DNA of 64,000 nucleotides from an uncultured bacterium (GTDB lineage: Bacteria > Hinthialibacterota > Hinthialibacteria > Hinthialibacterales > JAKPRU01), in contig CAZTDD010000012.1 of the NCBI GenBank assembly GCA_964612675.1, positions 10,617 through 74,616 of the forward strand, in the 5' to 3' direction. The notes under the pieces were generated by a model. The model was given only the letters and a program-made list of their open reading frames with translations. It was not told where the DNA came from and ran no database searches. This document shows, one piece after another, positions 46,683 through 57,005 of the stretch (its first letter is position 1; each line of letters opens with the position of its first letter). Both the position numbers and the translations under genes were made by a program.

Positions 46683-47759
46683 ATGACAAAGCAACAAATC
46701 TCTCCCAATCGGGCTGCGCAAGCGGTAACGGCAGCTGCGGCTCTAACAACAGCGTGCGCCACAATGCGACTGAGTGAAACCGAGCAGGATTTTCTGACTC
46801 GTTTGCAGAATGAAAACCCGGACGTTCGCTACGCGGCGCTTATCGAGGCTGACAAGATGAGTCCGAGTGTCGTTCCCGAACTGGCTATACTCCTTCATGC
46901 AGAAGACAGAGGCGTAGCAAAGTCGGCCGGTGAGGCACTTCGATGCCATGTTCACGATGCCGCGAAGGATTTTGATAGTGAAAAACGAATCGCTGTGATG
47001 AACCAGTTATTGCTGCTGATCGGTGAGGAGCAGCCACGGCAAGTGCGTGTCGAATCGATACGCCATCTATCCACTGTGGGTGACGAGCAGGCCGTTCCTC
47101 TCGTTGCCCCGCTTCTCACAGATCCAGGGCTGTGCGAAGAGGCGGTCTATTGTCTGGAAAGAATCCCGGGCCAGGTGTCCTCCGATGCTCTGATCCAGGC
47201 GATGAAGGCGGAGACCGGCGATTTCAAAACTCGTCTGATTGCCGCTCTCGGTCATCGTAAGGATGAGGCCGCCGTTCGACCGCTCATGTGGGCCATGAGC
47301 TCAGGCAATCCCGAGGTCTCTATACCTGCAATGAAAGCGCTTGCCCGGATCGGCAAGCGAGAGGATGTGGGCGGGGTCAGCCTGCCTGACTTTAATTCGT
47401 TGTCGGATCGTCACAAAAGGGCCTTTGCGGACAGTTGGGTACGTTTTCTCGAAGCGCAGATTGACCAAGGAAACCTCGATGAAGCCGAGCAAACCTATAT
47501 GTGGATGATGGCGAATTCGGAAGGAGACCATATCAAGTGCGCTGCGATCGTCGGGCTTGGCAGGCTCAATAGCGCGGATGCGGTCAAGGCCATCATGCAA
47601 GGGTTGCGCTCCGACTCATACATCGTACGAGCGACAGCAGAGAAGGTGTTGATTTCGATGGAGAGCGATATTGTCGATCGCCAGTTGAGAGACATGTTGC
47701 CCAGATTGCAGGGAGATGAAAAGGATCTAATTCAGTCGATCCTCAGTGCCCGCTCGTAG
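46683..47759 (+). CDS. HEAT-repeat protein
   Basis: Repeats VRYAAL, VRVESIRHL, EEAVYCLERI, IAALGHR, AAIVGLGRL. Confidence 0.82.
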   Translation: MTKQQISPNRAAQAVTAAAALTTACATMRLSETEQDFLTRLQNENPDVRYAALIEADKMSPSVVPELAILLHAEDRGVAKSAGEALRCHVHDAAKDFDSEKRIAVMNQLLLLIGEEQPRQVRVESIRHLSTVGDEQAVPLVAPLLTDPGLCEEAVYCLERIPGQVSSDALIQAMKAETGDFKTRLIAALGHRKDEAAVRPLMWAMSSGNPEVSIPAMKALARIGKREDVGGVSLPDFNSLSDRHKRAFADSWVRFLEAQIDQGNLDEAEQTYMWMMANSEGDHIKCAAIVGLGRLNSADAVKAIMQGLRSDSYIVRATAEKVLISMESDIVDRQLRDMLPRLQGDEKDLIQSILSARS

Positions 47760-47836
47760 ATTTGCTTATCTGGGCGGTGAACACGACTTCATCTTCCCTT
47801 CAAACCCATTTGGCTCGCGCTGAGATTACGTTTCGC

Positions 47837-47869
47837 TCGCCCTGGAGTTGGACTTCAGGGCGAAATTTT
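47837..47869. terminator. Probable bidirectional intrinsic terminator
   Basis: tcgccctggagt-tgg-acttcagggcga (12 bp, one G-U) followed by aatttt; lies between convergent genes. Confidence 0.6.
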
Positions 47870-47898
47870 GGAGTGCGGCGGCTCCGACGCCGCTTGGG
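47867..47898. repeat. REP-like palindrome, family C
   Basis: tttggagtgcggcggctccgacgccgcttggg, with core gcggcg/cgccgc stem. Confidence 0.45.
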
Positions 47899-47935
47899 AT
47901 ATGAAAGTGTTGCATGGTTGGCCAGACAGCGGTCG

Positions 47936-50869
47936 CTACTTCTGTACTTCCATATGTAGCTCGTCTCCAAGCAGGCCTTCAAGAAAGGGAGTGCCTTTTA
48001 AGGCTTCGCGCAGAAGCTGGTCTTCGCTTAATTGGGCAACGACCTGTTGTCTGTCCAGTTCGATCGCCTTCTTCAAGTCCGATAGGATTGATTCTTCGCT
48101 ATAGTTTCCAACCCTGGCTTTCAACGTTGCAATATTGTACCAGGCTGACCAGTCGTGTGGTTCGTCCTTCGCGACACGTTGCATTGCCTCCAACGCTTCC
48201 TCGTTTCTGCCAATGTGGCTGAGCAGAAGCACGAGGTTCCGGCGCGTCGTGTTGTCCATATCCTCTTTCGCCAGCATCTCTCGGTAGACTTCGATGGCTT
48301 CATTCACTCGATTCAGTTTGACAAGATTCGAGGCGATCTGCTCTTTCAGCAGCCGGCTCTCTTGGGGTGTCATCTTTTGGTATCCGGTACTTGCCGCTCG
48401 TATCAACGAATCGAGTGCTTGTTGCGGTTTATTCTCCTGACTCAGCTGGACACCGAGATTGAAGTATACCTTGAACAGATTTTCCTGCGTTTGCGGATCC
48501 GGACTCCACGGAAGACCCTTTTCATCCCACGTTTTGTACGTGTAGTGATCGTAGGCTTGTTTAGCGTGCTCCAAATCGCCCATGTTGTAGTAAGCGTGTC
48601 CGAGGTATTGTAGGACCTCGGTCTTCGTCGGGTCCGCCACAAGCGCTTGTTCAAATGATCTCCGTGCCTTTTCGTATTGATGTTCGCGCAGGTAGCCAAG
48701 GCCGTGATTATAATGTGCATACACTTGCTCGTAGTCGATATCGAGGACGCGGTCGTAGGATCTCTCTGAATGAGTGAACGCCGCTCTTTTGTCGTACAAG
48801 ACCCCCAAGTTGTTGTGAGCCCATTTGTAGATCGGGTTCAGGTAAACGTCCGTTTGGAGGACGCGTATCCCCAAATCTACGACCTCCATCCTCTCCTTTT
48901 CGTCGAGACCGTGTTGCGCAAGTTGCTGCTGAACAATCTGATCCGCCTGCTGGCGAAGCAATTTCTCTTGCTCGGGGGTCACTTCGCCGGATGCGAGGAT
49001 CTCGTTGACCTGGTTTTCCACACCTCGACGGATATCCTCCATTTTTTGGAACGCGTCGATGCAGTAACGTCCCAAGATATAGAAGATTTCCATCTGGTAG
49101 GGCCAGATTTCCATTGCCTTATCAAAATGATTGAACATCTCGCCGAACTGGTCGTATTCTCTCTTCGTCATTCCTACCCGCAAATGCGACTCTCCGATCA
49201 GTTGACGCACATTCAAAGAACCAATGATCAGGACTATGACGAGTAACACAGGCCATCGAACGGTCGATGAGAGGCGTGTGAGAAAATGTGGACCGCTTTT
49301 CTGTCTTGGTTTGCAAACAGTCCCCTCTCCTTGTGTCCACTGATAGATGAGCACCGATGAACCCGCAATGAACCAGAACAGAAACAAAGACGCTGGAATC
49401 ACGAAGGTGTGACCGAAGTTACAGCTTATTAAGGCTATGATCATTCCCCCAATTGCACCTACCTGGAAGTAGAACAAGAACCGACGTTCCTCCAATGAAA
49501 AAGGCTGATTTGGAGGTCCCACGGATACCTTCTTGCGATTTGTCCAGTCTAAGACCGGTAGGGAACGAAAAGCGCACCACAACGCTGTTACCCACATCCA
49601 AATCCACCCCAGCATGCCGAAAAAGCCATGCTCCGCGGAGTGGTAGAGGAAATCGTTGTGTACCTTTCGGGCGAGTGTTTCTTTCCCCAGAATCTTCCGC
49701 TCCAGTTGGCTCTCGTAATAAGGATGGATCACTTTGAAATTCCCGGGGCCGATGCCGGTGAAGACGTTATCGTGTGTAGTCTTGAGCGCGCTACTCATGC
49801 ATTCCAGACGGAAGATCATCGGAGGAACACCGTCTGGTAAGTGGTCTCCGTCAAAGTCCGCCCAAGTGATCAGCTGGGCGACACGGCTCCTTAAGGGGTT
49901 GTCTACCGAGGCGGTTAGTGCGGAGACCAGGGCGACACCAAGGATCAAAGCAAAGACCAGCCGCCGGAACCAAAAGCGCATCTCTTTGAGTGTCACTTTT
50001 CTGCGGGCTGTGTTGAGCAAGCCGGTATCGTGAAGCCATGGCAGCACCCGGTACGAAATCAGTATCAGCACCATCACAGGGAAGCCGACCAGGAAACCCA
50101 TATAACTTGCGTTACAGTCGATGTAGAGAATCGCGATCATCGATAAGCACGCGATACCCGAAAACATCACCATCCACGCGGGATTCCCCCACGACCAGAT
50201 CAGCAAGGTGATCGCCAATGGAAAAGTCAGGTTCAGGAACTCGCCTGCGTAGTTCTCATTCCCCATAAATGAGACCGGCTTCCGTGTAAATCCGGTCAAA
50301 TTCGGCCCCTCGACGGCTCTCCAGAGCGGTTCCCAGTCGAACCATTGCGCAAGTGCATAGAGAACCACCAACAGGACGGTGATGTTCATCACGATACAGA
50401 CAAGCCGTATATCGTCCGGTCGCCGGATAAACGCGCCGATCAGCACCATGAAAACCAATGCAGCCCCGTAGAGTAGAAGCGTCTCCCACGCTTCCGCCAT
50501 GTTGACCGCCACGAAGGTTGTCAGCACCATGATCAGGAAGAAATACGCGGCAGGCAGAAGCATCGGGGAATGCGGGCGCCGCAACCGGCCCTTTACCGCC
50601 CACCACGAAGCAAGGATGATCAGCACCATGTATTCCAACGAGAGAGCTTTCGTGGTGTTATAGTGATGCCACGTACCCGTATAGAAGATTAAAGGAATGT
50701 AAAGAATCGCCGTGAATAGCATCAAGCGGCCTGTGAGATAAGCAAGGCGATCCCAGGTGGCGCGAAGCGGCCCGTCGGAAGCTGTGCTCAGATAGGTTCC
50801 CAGGCCGACCAGCGGAAATACCAGAAGCCAGTGAGGAAATGTATAGAAGACGCTTAGTAAGTCGTGCAC
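47936..50869 (-). CDS. O-antigen ligase/Wzy_C-like membrane protein with C-terminal TPRs
   Basis: SFMGNENYAG, FRLECM...TGIGPGNF, VHNDFL..SAEHGFFG; TPR units (WAHNNLGVLY, YAHYNHGLGY). Confidence 0.85.
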   Translation of the reverse strand: MHDLLSVFYTFPHWLLVFPLVGLGTYLSTASDGPLRATWDRLAYLTGRLMLFTAILYIPLIFYTGTWHHYNTTKALSLEYMVLIILASWWAVKGRLRRPHSPMLLPAAYFFLIMVLTTFVAVNMAEAWETLLLYGAALVFMVLIGAFIRRPDDIRLVCIVMNITVLLVVLYALAQWFDWEPLWRAVEGPNLTGFTRKPVSFMGNENYAGEFLNLTFPLAITLLIWSWGNPAWMVMFSGIACLSMIAILYIDCNASYMGFLVGFPVMVLILISYRVLPWLHDTGLLNTARRKVTLKEMRFWFRRLVFALILGVALVSALTASVDNPLRSRVAQLITWADFDGDHLPDGVPPMIFRLECMSSALKTTHDNVFTGIGPGNFKVIHPYYESQLERKILGKETLARKVHNDFLYHSAEHGFFGMLGWIWMWVTALWCAFRSLPVLDWTNRKKVSVGPPNQPFSLEERRFLFYFQVGAIGGMIIALISCNFGHTFVIPASLFLFWFIAGSSVLIYQWTQGEGTVCKPRQKSGPHFLTRLSSTVRWPVLLVIVLIIGSLNVRQLIGESHLRVGMTKREYDQFGEMFNHFDKAMEIWPYQMEIFYILGRYCIDAFQKMEDIRRGVENQVNEILASGEVTPEQEKLLRQQADQIVQQQLAQHGLDEKERMEVVDLGIRVLQTDVYLNPIYKWAHNNLGVLYDKRAAFTHSERSYDRVLDIDYEQVYAHYNHGLGYLREHQYEKARRSFEQALVADPTKTEVLQYLGHAYYNMGDLEHAKQAYDHYTYKTWDEKGLPWSPDPQTQENLFKVYFNLGVQLSQENKPQQALDSLIRAASTGYQKMTPQESRLLKEQIASNLVKLNRVNEAIEVYREMLAKEDMDNTTRRNLVLLLSHIGRNEEALEAMQRVAKDEPHDWSAWYNIATLKARVGNYSEESILSDLKKAIELDRQQVVAQLSEDQLLREALKGTPFLEGLLGDELHMEVQK

Positions 50870-51013
50870 TTGGTCGTATCCAATTCGGTAAAACCGTCAA
50901 TCTGCATGCCAAAGTGACGGTAGTCTCAAATCAGGTTTTTATACTAACGTAACGGTATCGTTCATCATAGAGCCAATCGAGTAAAATAACGAGCCGATTC
51001 AGGGACAGTAACC

Positions 51014-51457
51014 ATGACAGATCAATACCTTGTGATTCACGGACCGAATCTGGACCTTTTGGGCCGTCGAGAACCGGAAACATACGGCACAGTGACTCTG
51101 AATGAGATCGATCGAATGCTGCACGAACTAGCGTCCGAGCTCGGGATTACCGTAACCACTGTCCAGCACAGCGGGGAAGGCGAGATTGTGCAGGCTATCG
51201 GAGAATCGCTTGGTAAGTATCGGGGAGTCCTGATCAATCCGGCAGCGTATACTCATACCTCTGTGGCCATCCGCGATGCTGTCGCCGCGGTCGGTCTTCC
51301 GGTAGTGGAAGTACATCTTTCCAACGTCTACCGCCGAGAGGAATTCCGCCATCATTCCTATATCGCGCCGGTCGCTGTGGGGCAAATCTCTGGATTCGGG
51401 CCGCAGAGTTATCTGCTTGGACTCCGTGCGTTGGTTCAGATATGTACGTCCTCGTAG
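51014..51457 (+). CDS. aroQ: Type II 3-dehydroquinate dehydratase
   Basis: [51 protein letters not shown]. Confidence 0.97.
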   Translation: MTDQYLVIHGPNLDLLGRREPETYGTVTLNEIDRMLHELASELGITVTTVQHSGEGEIVQAIGESLGKYRGVLINPAAYTHTSVAIRDAVAAVGLPVVEVHLSNVYRREEFRHHSYIAPVAVGQISGFGPQSYLLGLRALVQICTSS

Positions 51458-53181
51458 TTCTCGGCGCATCTCTTCCTTTTCTATTGGCGGAACTTCCGCC
51501 CTCTTTTGCTGTCTTTCTTTACGTGGCGCTCGGCCTTGCCCTGGTTTACGAGACAATGCAACCTGCTGGATCCGAGATGTATGAAACTCTCGCAGGTCCT
51601 ACTAAGATCGTCGCGCTCTCTTTGATCGTTGGGGGCGCAGTCGGTTTGCTGTTATCGTATAACGAGCCGGTTCGCTGGAGTGCTTCGCTCCTGTTGTTTT
51701 CGGGGATCTATCTGTTCTTTGGATATCGTCGCGGTAGGCGGAACAGCCCCTGGGTTCTGACGGGACCGGCTTTGGCTGTGACCGTCTTACTTCTGATATT
51801 CGGTGCAGCGGACGTATCGTGGTCGGAGCCTTTCTTAAGCTCCGGCTGGATGGTGGTGACCGCTCTGCTTCCCGCGGCGTTGACCTGGAGTCTTCTCGTC
51901 GCTTCACGCAATCAATCTGTATCTCTCTGGTTCTTGTCGGGGGTCGCGTACATCTTTCTCCTGTTCGTTTTTGCGGATTGGATGGCCTTGAGCGCCTTCT
52001 GTCTTGTTTTGCTGCTGGGCCTCTGGGCCGTTCGTCAGGATCCTGACGTTCCATTCGTTTTTAACGGGGCTGGTTTGCTAGTCTGGCTCATTCTTTGTTT
52101 TTTCGGTCTTCTACCGCTTGTCTCCCGCACTGGTTGGCTGCCGTTTTCGCTTCGGTCGGCAGGTGCCTCATTTCTCTTGTCTGTCCAGTCCGGCTTCGAG
52201 TCCATTCTCGGTCCGAATGTCTGGCTTCGGCTATGGTCTATTCCCAGGGAAATCCCTCGGGTTGAGCTGGGAAAAGGTGCGTGGTGGATGAATCTGGTTC
52301 AAGCCCAGCAGGTCACTCTGGGTTGGCTGGGATTCTTGGTAGCGGTGGTTCTAATTGCTGTTCTCTTTTTGGTCTCAATCGCTTCCCGCCGTTCCCGGGA
52401 TCTGTCTCATCCGACGTTATGGCGCGTTCTCGGCGTCGGCGCCTGGCTCGCCGTCGGTTTCCTTACGCCGTTCTGGCTGATTTCGCCGGTGTGCTGGTTC
52501 CTTCTGGGAGGCATTTTGGCACTCAAAGAGGCGACTCCGACAGAAGAGCGTGAAATCCGGCCCGACGATCAGTTTTCTATGCTGTCTGCATATCTTCCGG
52601 CGATCATGGCCGCGCTGTTGGTCATCCCCATCGTTCAGCTGAGCCGTGAGTGGCGTGCGGAATCGTTGCATGAAGAGCATGACCGTCCCGTGCACGCTGC
52701 GAAATGGGCTCCGTGGCGGGCGGACATCGTAGAATCGGCTCTCGGCAAGCAACTCGGTCAGCCGATTGAACAGCGGGACAGCGCGATGATCGATTATTTG
52801 CTGTCACTCCTCAAACAATCAAGCAGAAGAGGATCCGCGTACCGGGCCGAGTCGAGTTTGAACAGCGCAGGTGGATCGCCCGCATTGGTTTCGTTGGGAT
52901 GGGCCGTTCGGTCTTCGCCTCACGATTTAAAGACACGGAGAGAGTATGCAGACGCTCTCCGAGCCTCTGGCTTGCTCGAACAGGCGCGGCAGCAGTATGA
53001 GATCTGCGCCGATCTTGCTCCTCTCGATCCATCGCTGAGAATCGCGATCGCCTCGCTCTGGGAATTGCTTCGCGACGAAGAGATGGCTTTGATTGAGTAT
53101 CGAAAGGCTCTTACTCTGGATCCTTCATCCGATATTGCCCGCCTCAAGGTGAAGGAATTGTCGGACCGAGCGGCGCTGTAG
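51442..53181 (+). CDS. Polytopic membrane protein with C-terminal TPRs (possibly a degenerate O-antigen-ligase-like protein)
   Basis: Many TM segments; C-terminal TPR-like [18 protein letters not shown] and YRKALTLDP. Confidence 0.7.
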   Translation: MYVLVVLGASLPFLLAELPPSFAVFLYVALGLALVYETMQPAGSEMYETLAGPTKIVALSLIVGGAVGLLLSYNEPVRWSASLLLFSGIYLFFGYRRGRRNSPWVLTGPALAVTVLLLIFGAADVSWSEPFLSSGWMVVTALLPAALTWSLLVASRNQSVSLWFLSGVAYIFLLFVFADWMALSAFCLVLLLGLWAVRQDPDVPFVFNGAGLLVWLILCFFGLLPLVSRTGWLPFSLRSAGASFLLSVQSGFESILGPNVWLRLWSIPREIPRVELGKGAWWMNLVQAQQVTLGWLGFLVAVVLIAVLFLVSIASRRSRDLSHPTLWRVLGVGAWLAVGFLTPFWLISPVCWFLLGGILALKEATPTEEREIRPDDQFSMLSAYLPAIMAALLVIPIVQLSREWRAESLHEEHDRPVHAAKWAPWRADIVESALGKQLGQPIEQRDSAMIDYLLSLLKQSSRRGSAYRAESSLNSAGGSPALVSLGWAVRSSPHDLKTRREYADALRASGLLEQARQQYEICADLAPLDPSLRIAIASLWELLRDEEMALIEYRKALTLDPSSDIARLKVKELSDRAAL

Positions 53182-54703
53182 AAGAAAGCCGAATCACAAC
53201 ACTCTCATATTCCTGTGGCATGAAACGGTACGAAAACGCAATCGGGTTGCTTGTCGCACCGGGCGGCCACACCATAATGTCCGGCAGCAGTGGATAAAGT
53301 TGACGACGCGAGCGAAACACGACCTCCGTGTCGAATCGGCTTTGAATGGCCTGGATCTCTCTTCCAATCGGACCGTAGACAGTATGCAACGCGACGAGGT
53401 CGCCCGATTCGAGGCGATCCAGGAATCCTGCATGATAGCCGTAAACCGGACGTCCCGACCAGAAAGACATTTTTACCGAAGGCACATCCGAGCGATACCA
53501 TTCATTGGAGTAAACACGGACGTTGCCCGGCTGCTCGCTAACGAAGAATGCGGCGTCTGTGATATCCCCGAAAGCGTTTCGCTGCAACCCAACAACAAGC
53601 ACTGACAGAATCGCAGGCCAGATCAATACCACGCACACAATCCCCACCCGAATTGAAGCTAAGAAGAGGCGCTCTTCGAGAATCCGCCGGATTCCATAGC
53701 CACCCAAAAGACAGAACAGGGGAAGAAGCGGCAAGAAATAGCGGAACTGGAAGGATTGGAATCCTGTCTGCACGAGCAGCCAGATTGGTAATAGGAATAA
53801 TATGAGGGAACGGATCAGTCCCCAGGGTCCCCAATGGCCTTTCATCCTGACAATCATGTACAGCAGCAGACAGGCCAAGGGATATCCTATAGCCCATGGT
53901 AGATAGAGAACGTATCCTTCGAGATGGTTGAAATACGATAAACCCGTGACCAAGAGTCCGTGACTTGCTCTTTCAGTGAACTGTCCGACGTGGCCGAAGC
54001 CACGGTAAATCAGCCATCCCGCCAATGCCACCCAGGGAAGGAGCACGACCGGCAACGGCCAGCGGCCGACCGAGACGTTCTCTTCTGTTTCATTTTGTTC
54101 CTCTTTCTTCCGGTATTTGATCTGCCATCGAAGAAGCGGGAAGACCAGCAAGACGAACACCAGTCCGTGATATCGAGTCAACGTGGCAATTCCGGCCCAA
54201 AAAAAAGTGCCCCGCAACGCGCGACCGCTGGTTTCCCTGCGGGTTATGATCGCTTCGATGTAGTACAGAAGAGCAACGGTGAAGAAGAACACAAAGAGCG
54301 AGTCGGTCATGACTCTCAGTCCCCACCGGTTCTGCAGCGGAGCCAGGACCCAAAGCAGCCCCGCCCAAAGACCTGCTTGCTCATCTCCCAACCGCCGAGC
54401 GATCAAAAACAGAACAATTGGGACGAGCGAGGATGCAAAGATCGACACTAAACGCCCGGAGACCAGCAGGTTACCAACCGCGAGATTCAGCAATTGCGTT
54501 GCGACCGTAAACAAGGGAGGGAAGAATACAACAGGGCTTTCCCAAAGTTGAAGCTGGATGATTCCGTCCGTATACTCGCCCCGGTTCCAACCGATCAGCG
54601 CGAGCTTGACTGCCAGGCTTGCCGTCACCAACCCCGCAAGCTGCCACGGGATCGTTCGAGTGTTCTGACACTGTTCGCTCATTCGCTTGTTTCTGTAAAC
54701 CAA
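53144..54703 (-). CDS. GT-C glycosyltransferase (family 39, ArnT/PMT-like)
   Basis: EYTDG, FPPLF, GRLVSIFAS, VMTDSLF, LTRYHG, FRYFLPLLP. Confidence 0.85.
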   Translation of the reverse strand: MVYRNKRMSEQCQNTRTIPWQLAGLVTASLAVKLALIGWNRGEYTDGIIQLQLWESPVVFFPPLFTVATQLLNLAVGNLLVSGRLVSIFASSLVPIVLFLIARRLGDEQAGLWAGLLWVLAPLQNRWGLRVMTDSLFVFFFTVALLYYIEAIITRRETSGRALRGTFFWAGIATLTRYHGLVFVLLVFPLLRWQIKYRKKEEQNETEENVSVGRWPLPVVLLPWVALAGWLIYRGFGHVGQFTERASHGLLVTGLSYFNHLEGYVLYLPWAIGYPLACLLLYMIVRMKGHWGPWGLIRSLILFLLPIWLLVQTGFQSFQFRYFLPLLPLFCLLGGYGIRRILEERLFLASIRVGIVCVVLIWPAILSVLVVGLQRNAFGDITDAAFFVSEQPGNVRVYSNEWYRSDVPSVKMSFWSGRPVYGYHAGFLDRLESGDLVALHTVYGPIGREIQAIQSRFDTEVVFRSRRQLYPLLPDIMVWPPGATSNPIAFSYRFMPQEYESVVIRLSSTAPLGPTIPSP

Positions 54704-54816
54704 ATTATCGATTCACTTCTTCGGAGAATGCCCAACGAAATCACCATCGTCAAGCATCACCTGACAGAATAGGCTCAGAAGGCGATAATCGATGAGAATC
54801 GACACATGGTGAACTG

Positions 54817-55812
54817 ATGTTGCGTTTCGACGCCTGGCAACGATACACGCAGGTTTCCGAGATCCTCCGCGAGGTATTTCCGGGGCGTCCGAGATCCCTC
54901 CTCGACGTTGGCGGGGGTACCGGTCAGTCACTGGGCCTGCCGGAGGATTGGACACAGATCAGCGTGGATGTGCATCCTGCGGGCACTCCAGATTTCGTTC
55001 AGGGGTCCGCGGATCGACTTCCTTTTGCAGATGCCGGAGTCGACATTGTCATTTCTCTGGACACTCTTGAGCATCTCCCCGGGGATCGCCGCGACTCGGC
55101 TGTCACCGAGATGATGCGTGTCGCTTCCGAGGCCATCCTCATCGCCGGTCCCTTTCGAAGTGATGGCGTCGTCGCAGCCGAGCGTTCCATCGATAACCTC
55201 CACCGCAATCTGGCCGGTCGGCCTCATCCCTGGCTTGCAGAGCACCTGCAGGCCCCTTTGCCGGATCTCGCTCATACACAGGATCTTCTGAAAAGCCAGG
55301 ATTGCACTGTGTACAAGACTCCGTGCGGATATCTGCCTGTCTGGCTTTTCCTCATGACAGTGGGAGAGATCTTGGAAGCGCGGCCGAATTCGATGGAATT
55401 GGCGGACACTTTGGATGGGATCTATCGCGAGAGGATCTATCCGTTCGATCAGCTCGAACCTGCCTATCGTTCTATCCTGCTGGGGGTGAAGAGCGGAGTC
55501 GACTCTGCCGAAATGCTACCTCCCAGGGGCGATCCTGCGCTCGTTGCGAACGGGCTCTGCGAGGCGATCTCCGAAGCGGCCCCGGTTCTCGGTTACTCAA
55601 TTGTTGGGGGCGAGGGCTCCCCGAGCCCCGATTGTGTCGGTTCATCGCCTTACACGAGACGGCTCGAACAAGCTATCGAATCCTGGGAAGTTGCGTGCGG
55701 CGAAGCTATGGCTTTGGCCGAAAAGGGGCATCGACGAATGGCGGAGCTCGAACGGAGAAGATCGTTCCGCGTCTATCGCCGATTCATGGCCTTCTTTGGC
55801 CGGTCAGTATGA
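54817..55812 (+). CDS. Class I SAM-dependent methyltransferase with C-terminal coiled-coil-like tail
   Basis: LLDVGGGTG, GSADRLPFADAGVDIVISLDTLEH. Confidence 0.88.
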   Translation: MLRFDAWQRYTQVSEILREVFPGRPRSLLDVGGGTGQSLGLPEDWTQISVDVHPAGTPDFVQGSADRLPFADAGVDIVISLDTLEHLPGDRRDSAVTEMMRVASEAILIAGPFRSDGVVAAERSIDNLHRNLAGRPHPWLAEHLQAPLPDLAHTQDLLKSQDCTVYKTPCGYLPVWLFLMTVGEILEARPNSMELADTLDGIYRERIYPFDQLEPAYRSILLGVKSGVDSAEMLPPRGDPALVANGLCEAISEAAPVLGYSIVGGEGSPSPDCVGSSPYTRRLEQAIESWEVACGEAMALAEKGHRRMAELERRRSFRVYRRFMAFFGRSV

Positions 55813-56945
55813 TTCAACCTACCGCCGGTCCTGTCCATGGCGTATCCTCTATCCCTGGTATGACCGAATTGCCTTATATCGAAAGACAGAATCTCTTACG
55901 GCAACGTTTGGAACGTGAAGGATTGACGCATTTTCTGGTCAGCTCGCTCCCCAACGTTCGCTACCTGTGTGGATTCTCCGGTACTCATGCTTTGCTGCTG
56001 ATCGGCCTGGAGAGAAACGTGATCGTTTCCGACGGGCGGTACGCAGAGCAGATTCAAAGCGAAGTCGTCGGGGCTGAACTGGAACTGCAGGGACGGCGAA
56101 AAGACAGCGAAACGATTGGCGACGTGTTGTCGAACGCCTCAGGGCTCAAACTCGGATTCGAAGGCCAGCACACTTCGGTGGAGCGGCACAAAAACCTTGT
56201 CGGTCTTTCCAGCGATCATGAATGGATTTCGCGTGTCAATTGGGTGGAGGATCTACGTATAAGGAAGGACGCATCGGAAGTCGCTCTGCTGTGCGAATCT
56301 CTGCAACTTGCGGAAGCCGCATTCGAGGAAGTACTGCCGGAAATTCGGGCGGGTATGACCGAAAGAGAACTCGCCCATCGCTTGGAAGACCTCATGTGGC
56401 AAGCGGGTGCGGAAAAGGAGTCTTTCGAAACGCTGGTATTGTTCGGATCTCGCAGCTCTCTACCCCATGGTAAACCCAGCGATTTTAAGTTGGTTGAAGG
56501 AATGCCTGTGTTGATGGACTTCGGATGCCTCTGGAAGGGGTACTGTTCCGACATCACGAGGACAGTCTTTCTGGGAGACCCGGGGGCGGAATTCCGTGAC
56601 GCTTACCGTGTGGTCCGCGATGCCAATCTGGCCGCCTGCGAAGCCATCCATGCGGGACTGACCTGTCGAGACGCCGATGCAGCGGCTCGGTCTGTTATCG
56701 ACAATGCCGGTCGCGGCGACTTATTCATCCACAGTCTGGGGCACGGAGTCGGCCTTGAGGTCCATGAAATGCCTCGTCTCGCTCCGACTGAAGAAGGTCT
56801 CCTCGAACAAGGAATGGTTGTTACGATAGAACCCGGGATCTACGTACCGGACTGGGGCGGTATTCGAATCGAAAACATGGTTGTAATAACTGATGATAGC
56901 TGCGATGTTCTCAATAGAACATCAACTGAAATGACTTTATTATAG
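55809..56945 (+). CDS. Xaa-Pro aminopeptidase (M24B, YqhT/PapA-like)
   Basis: ATGA overlap with the upstream stop; RSSLPHG, DFG...YCSDITRT, HSLGHGVGLEVHE, TIEPGIY, GIRIEN. Confidence 0.93.
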   Translation: MIQPTAGPVHGVSSIPGMTELPYIERQNLLRQRLEREGLTHFLVSSLPNVRYLCGFSGTHALLLIGLERNVIVSDGRYAEQIQSEVVGAELELQGRRKDSETIGDVLSNASGLKLGFEGQHTSVERHKNLVGLSSDHEWISRVNWVEDLRIRKDASEVALLCESLQLAEAAFEEVLPEIRAGMTERELAHRLEDLMWQAGAEKESFETLVLFGSRSSLPHGKPSDFKLVEGMPVLMDFGCLWKGYCSDITRTVFLGDPGAEFRDAYRVVRDANLAACEAIHAGLTCRDADAAARSVIDNAGRGDLFIHSLGHGVGLEVHEMPRLAPTEEGLLEQGMVVTIEPGIYVPDWGGIRIENMVVITDDSCDVLNRTSTEMTLL

Positions 56946-57005
56946 TTTTATGAAGTGGTTATGGCTCTCTTTTTATGTGTCGATCACGCCAATCTGGAGG
57001 TTTGA

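Noticed and set aside
50893-50921. accgtca-N15-tgacggt inverted repeat between divergent genes
   Set aside because: A single 7-bp pair with no other support; too weak to call an operator.
55607-55630. gggggcgagggctccccgagcccc resembling palindrome family A
   Set aside because: It lies in frame within the methyltransferase CDS with no partner arm; probably chance in GC-rich sequence.
55302-55808. N-terminal extension of the 547-aa ORF
   Set aside because: It overlaps the methyltransferase in another frame. M24 similarity starts after ATG 55809, which forms an ATGA overlap with the upstream stop.
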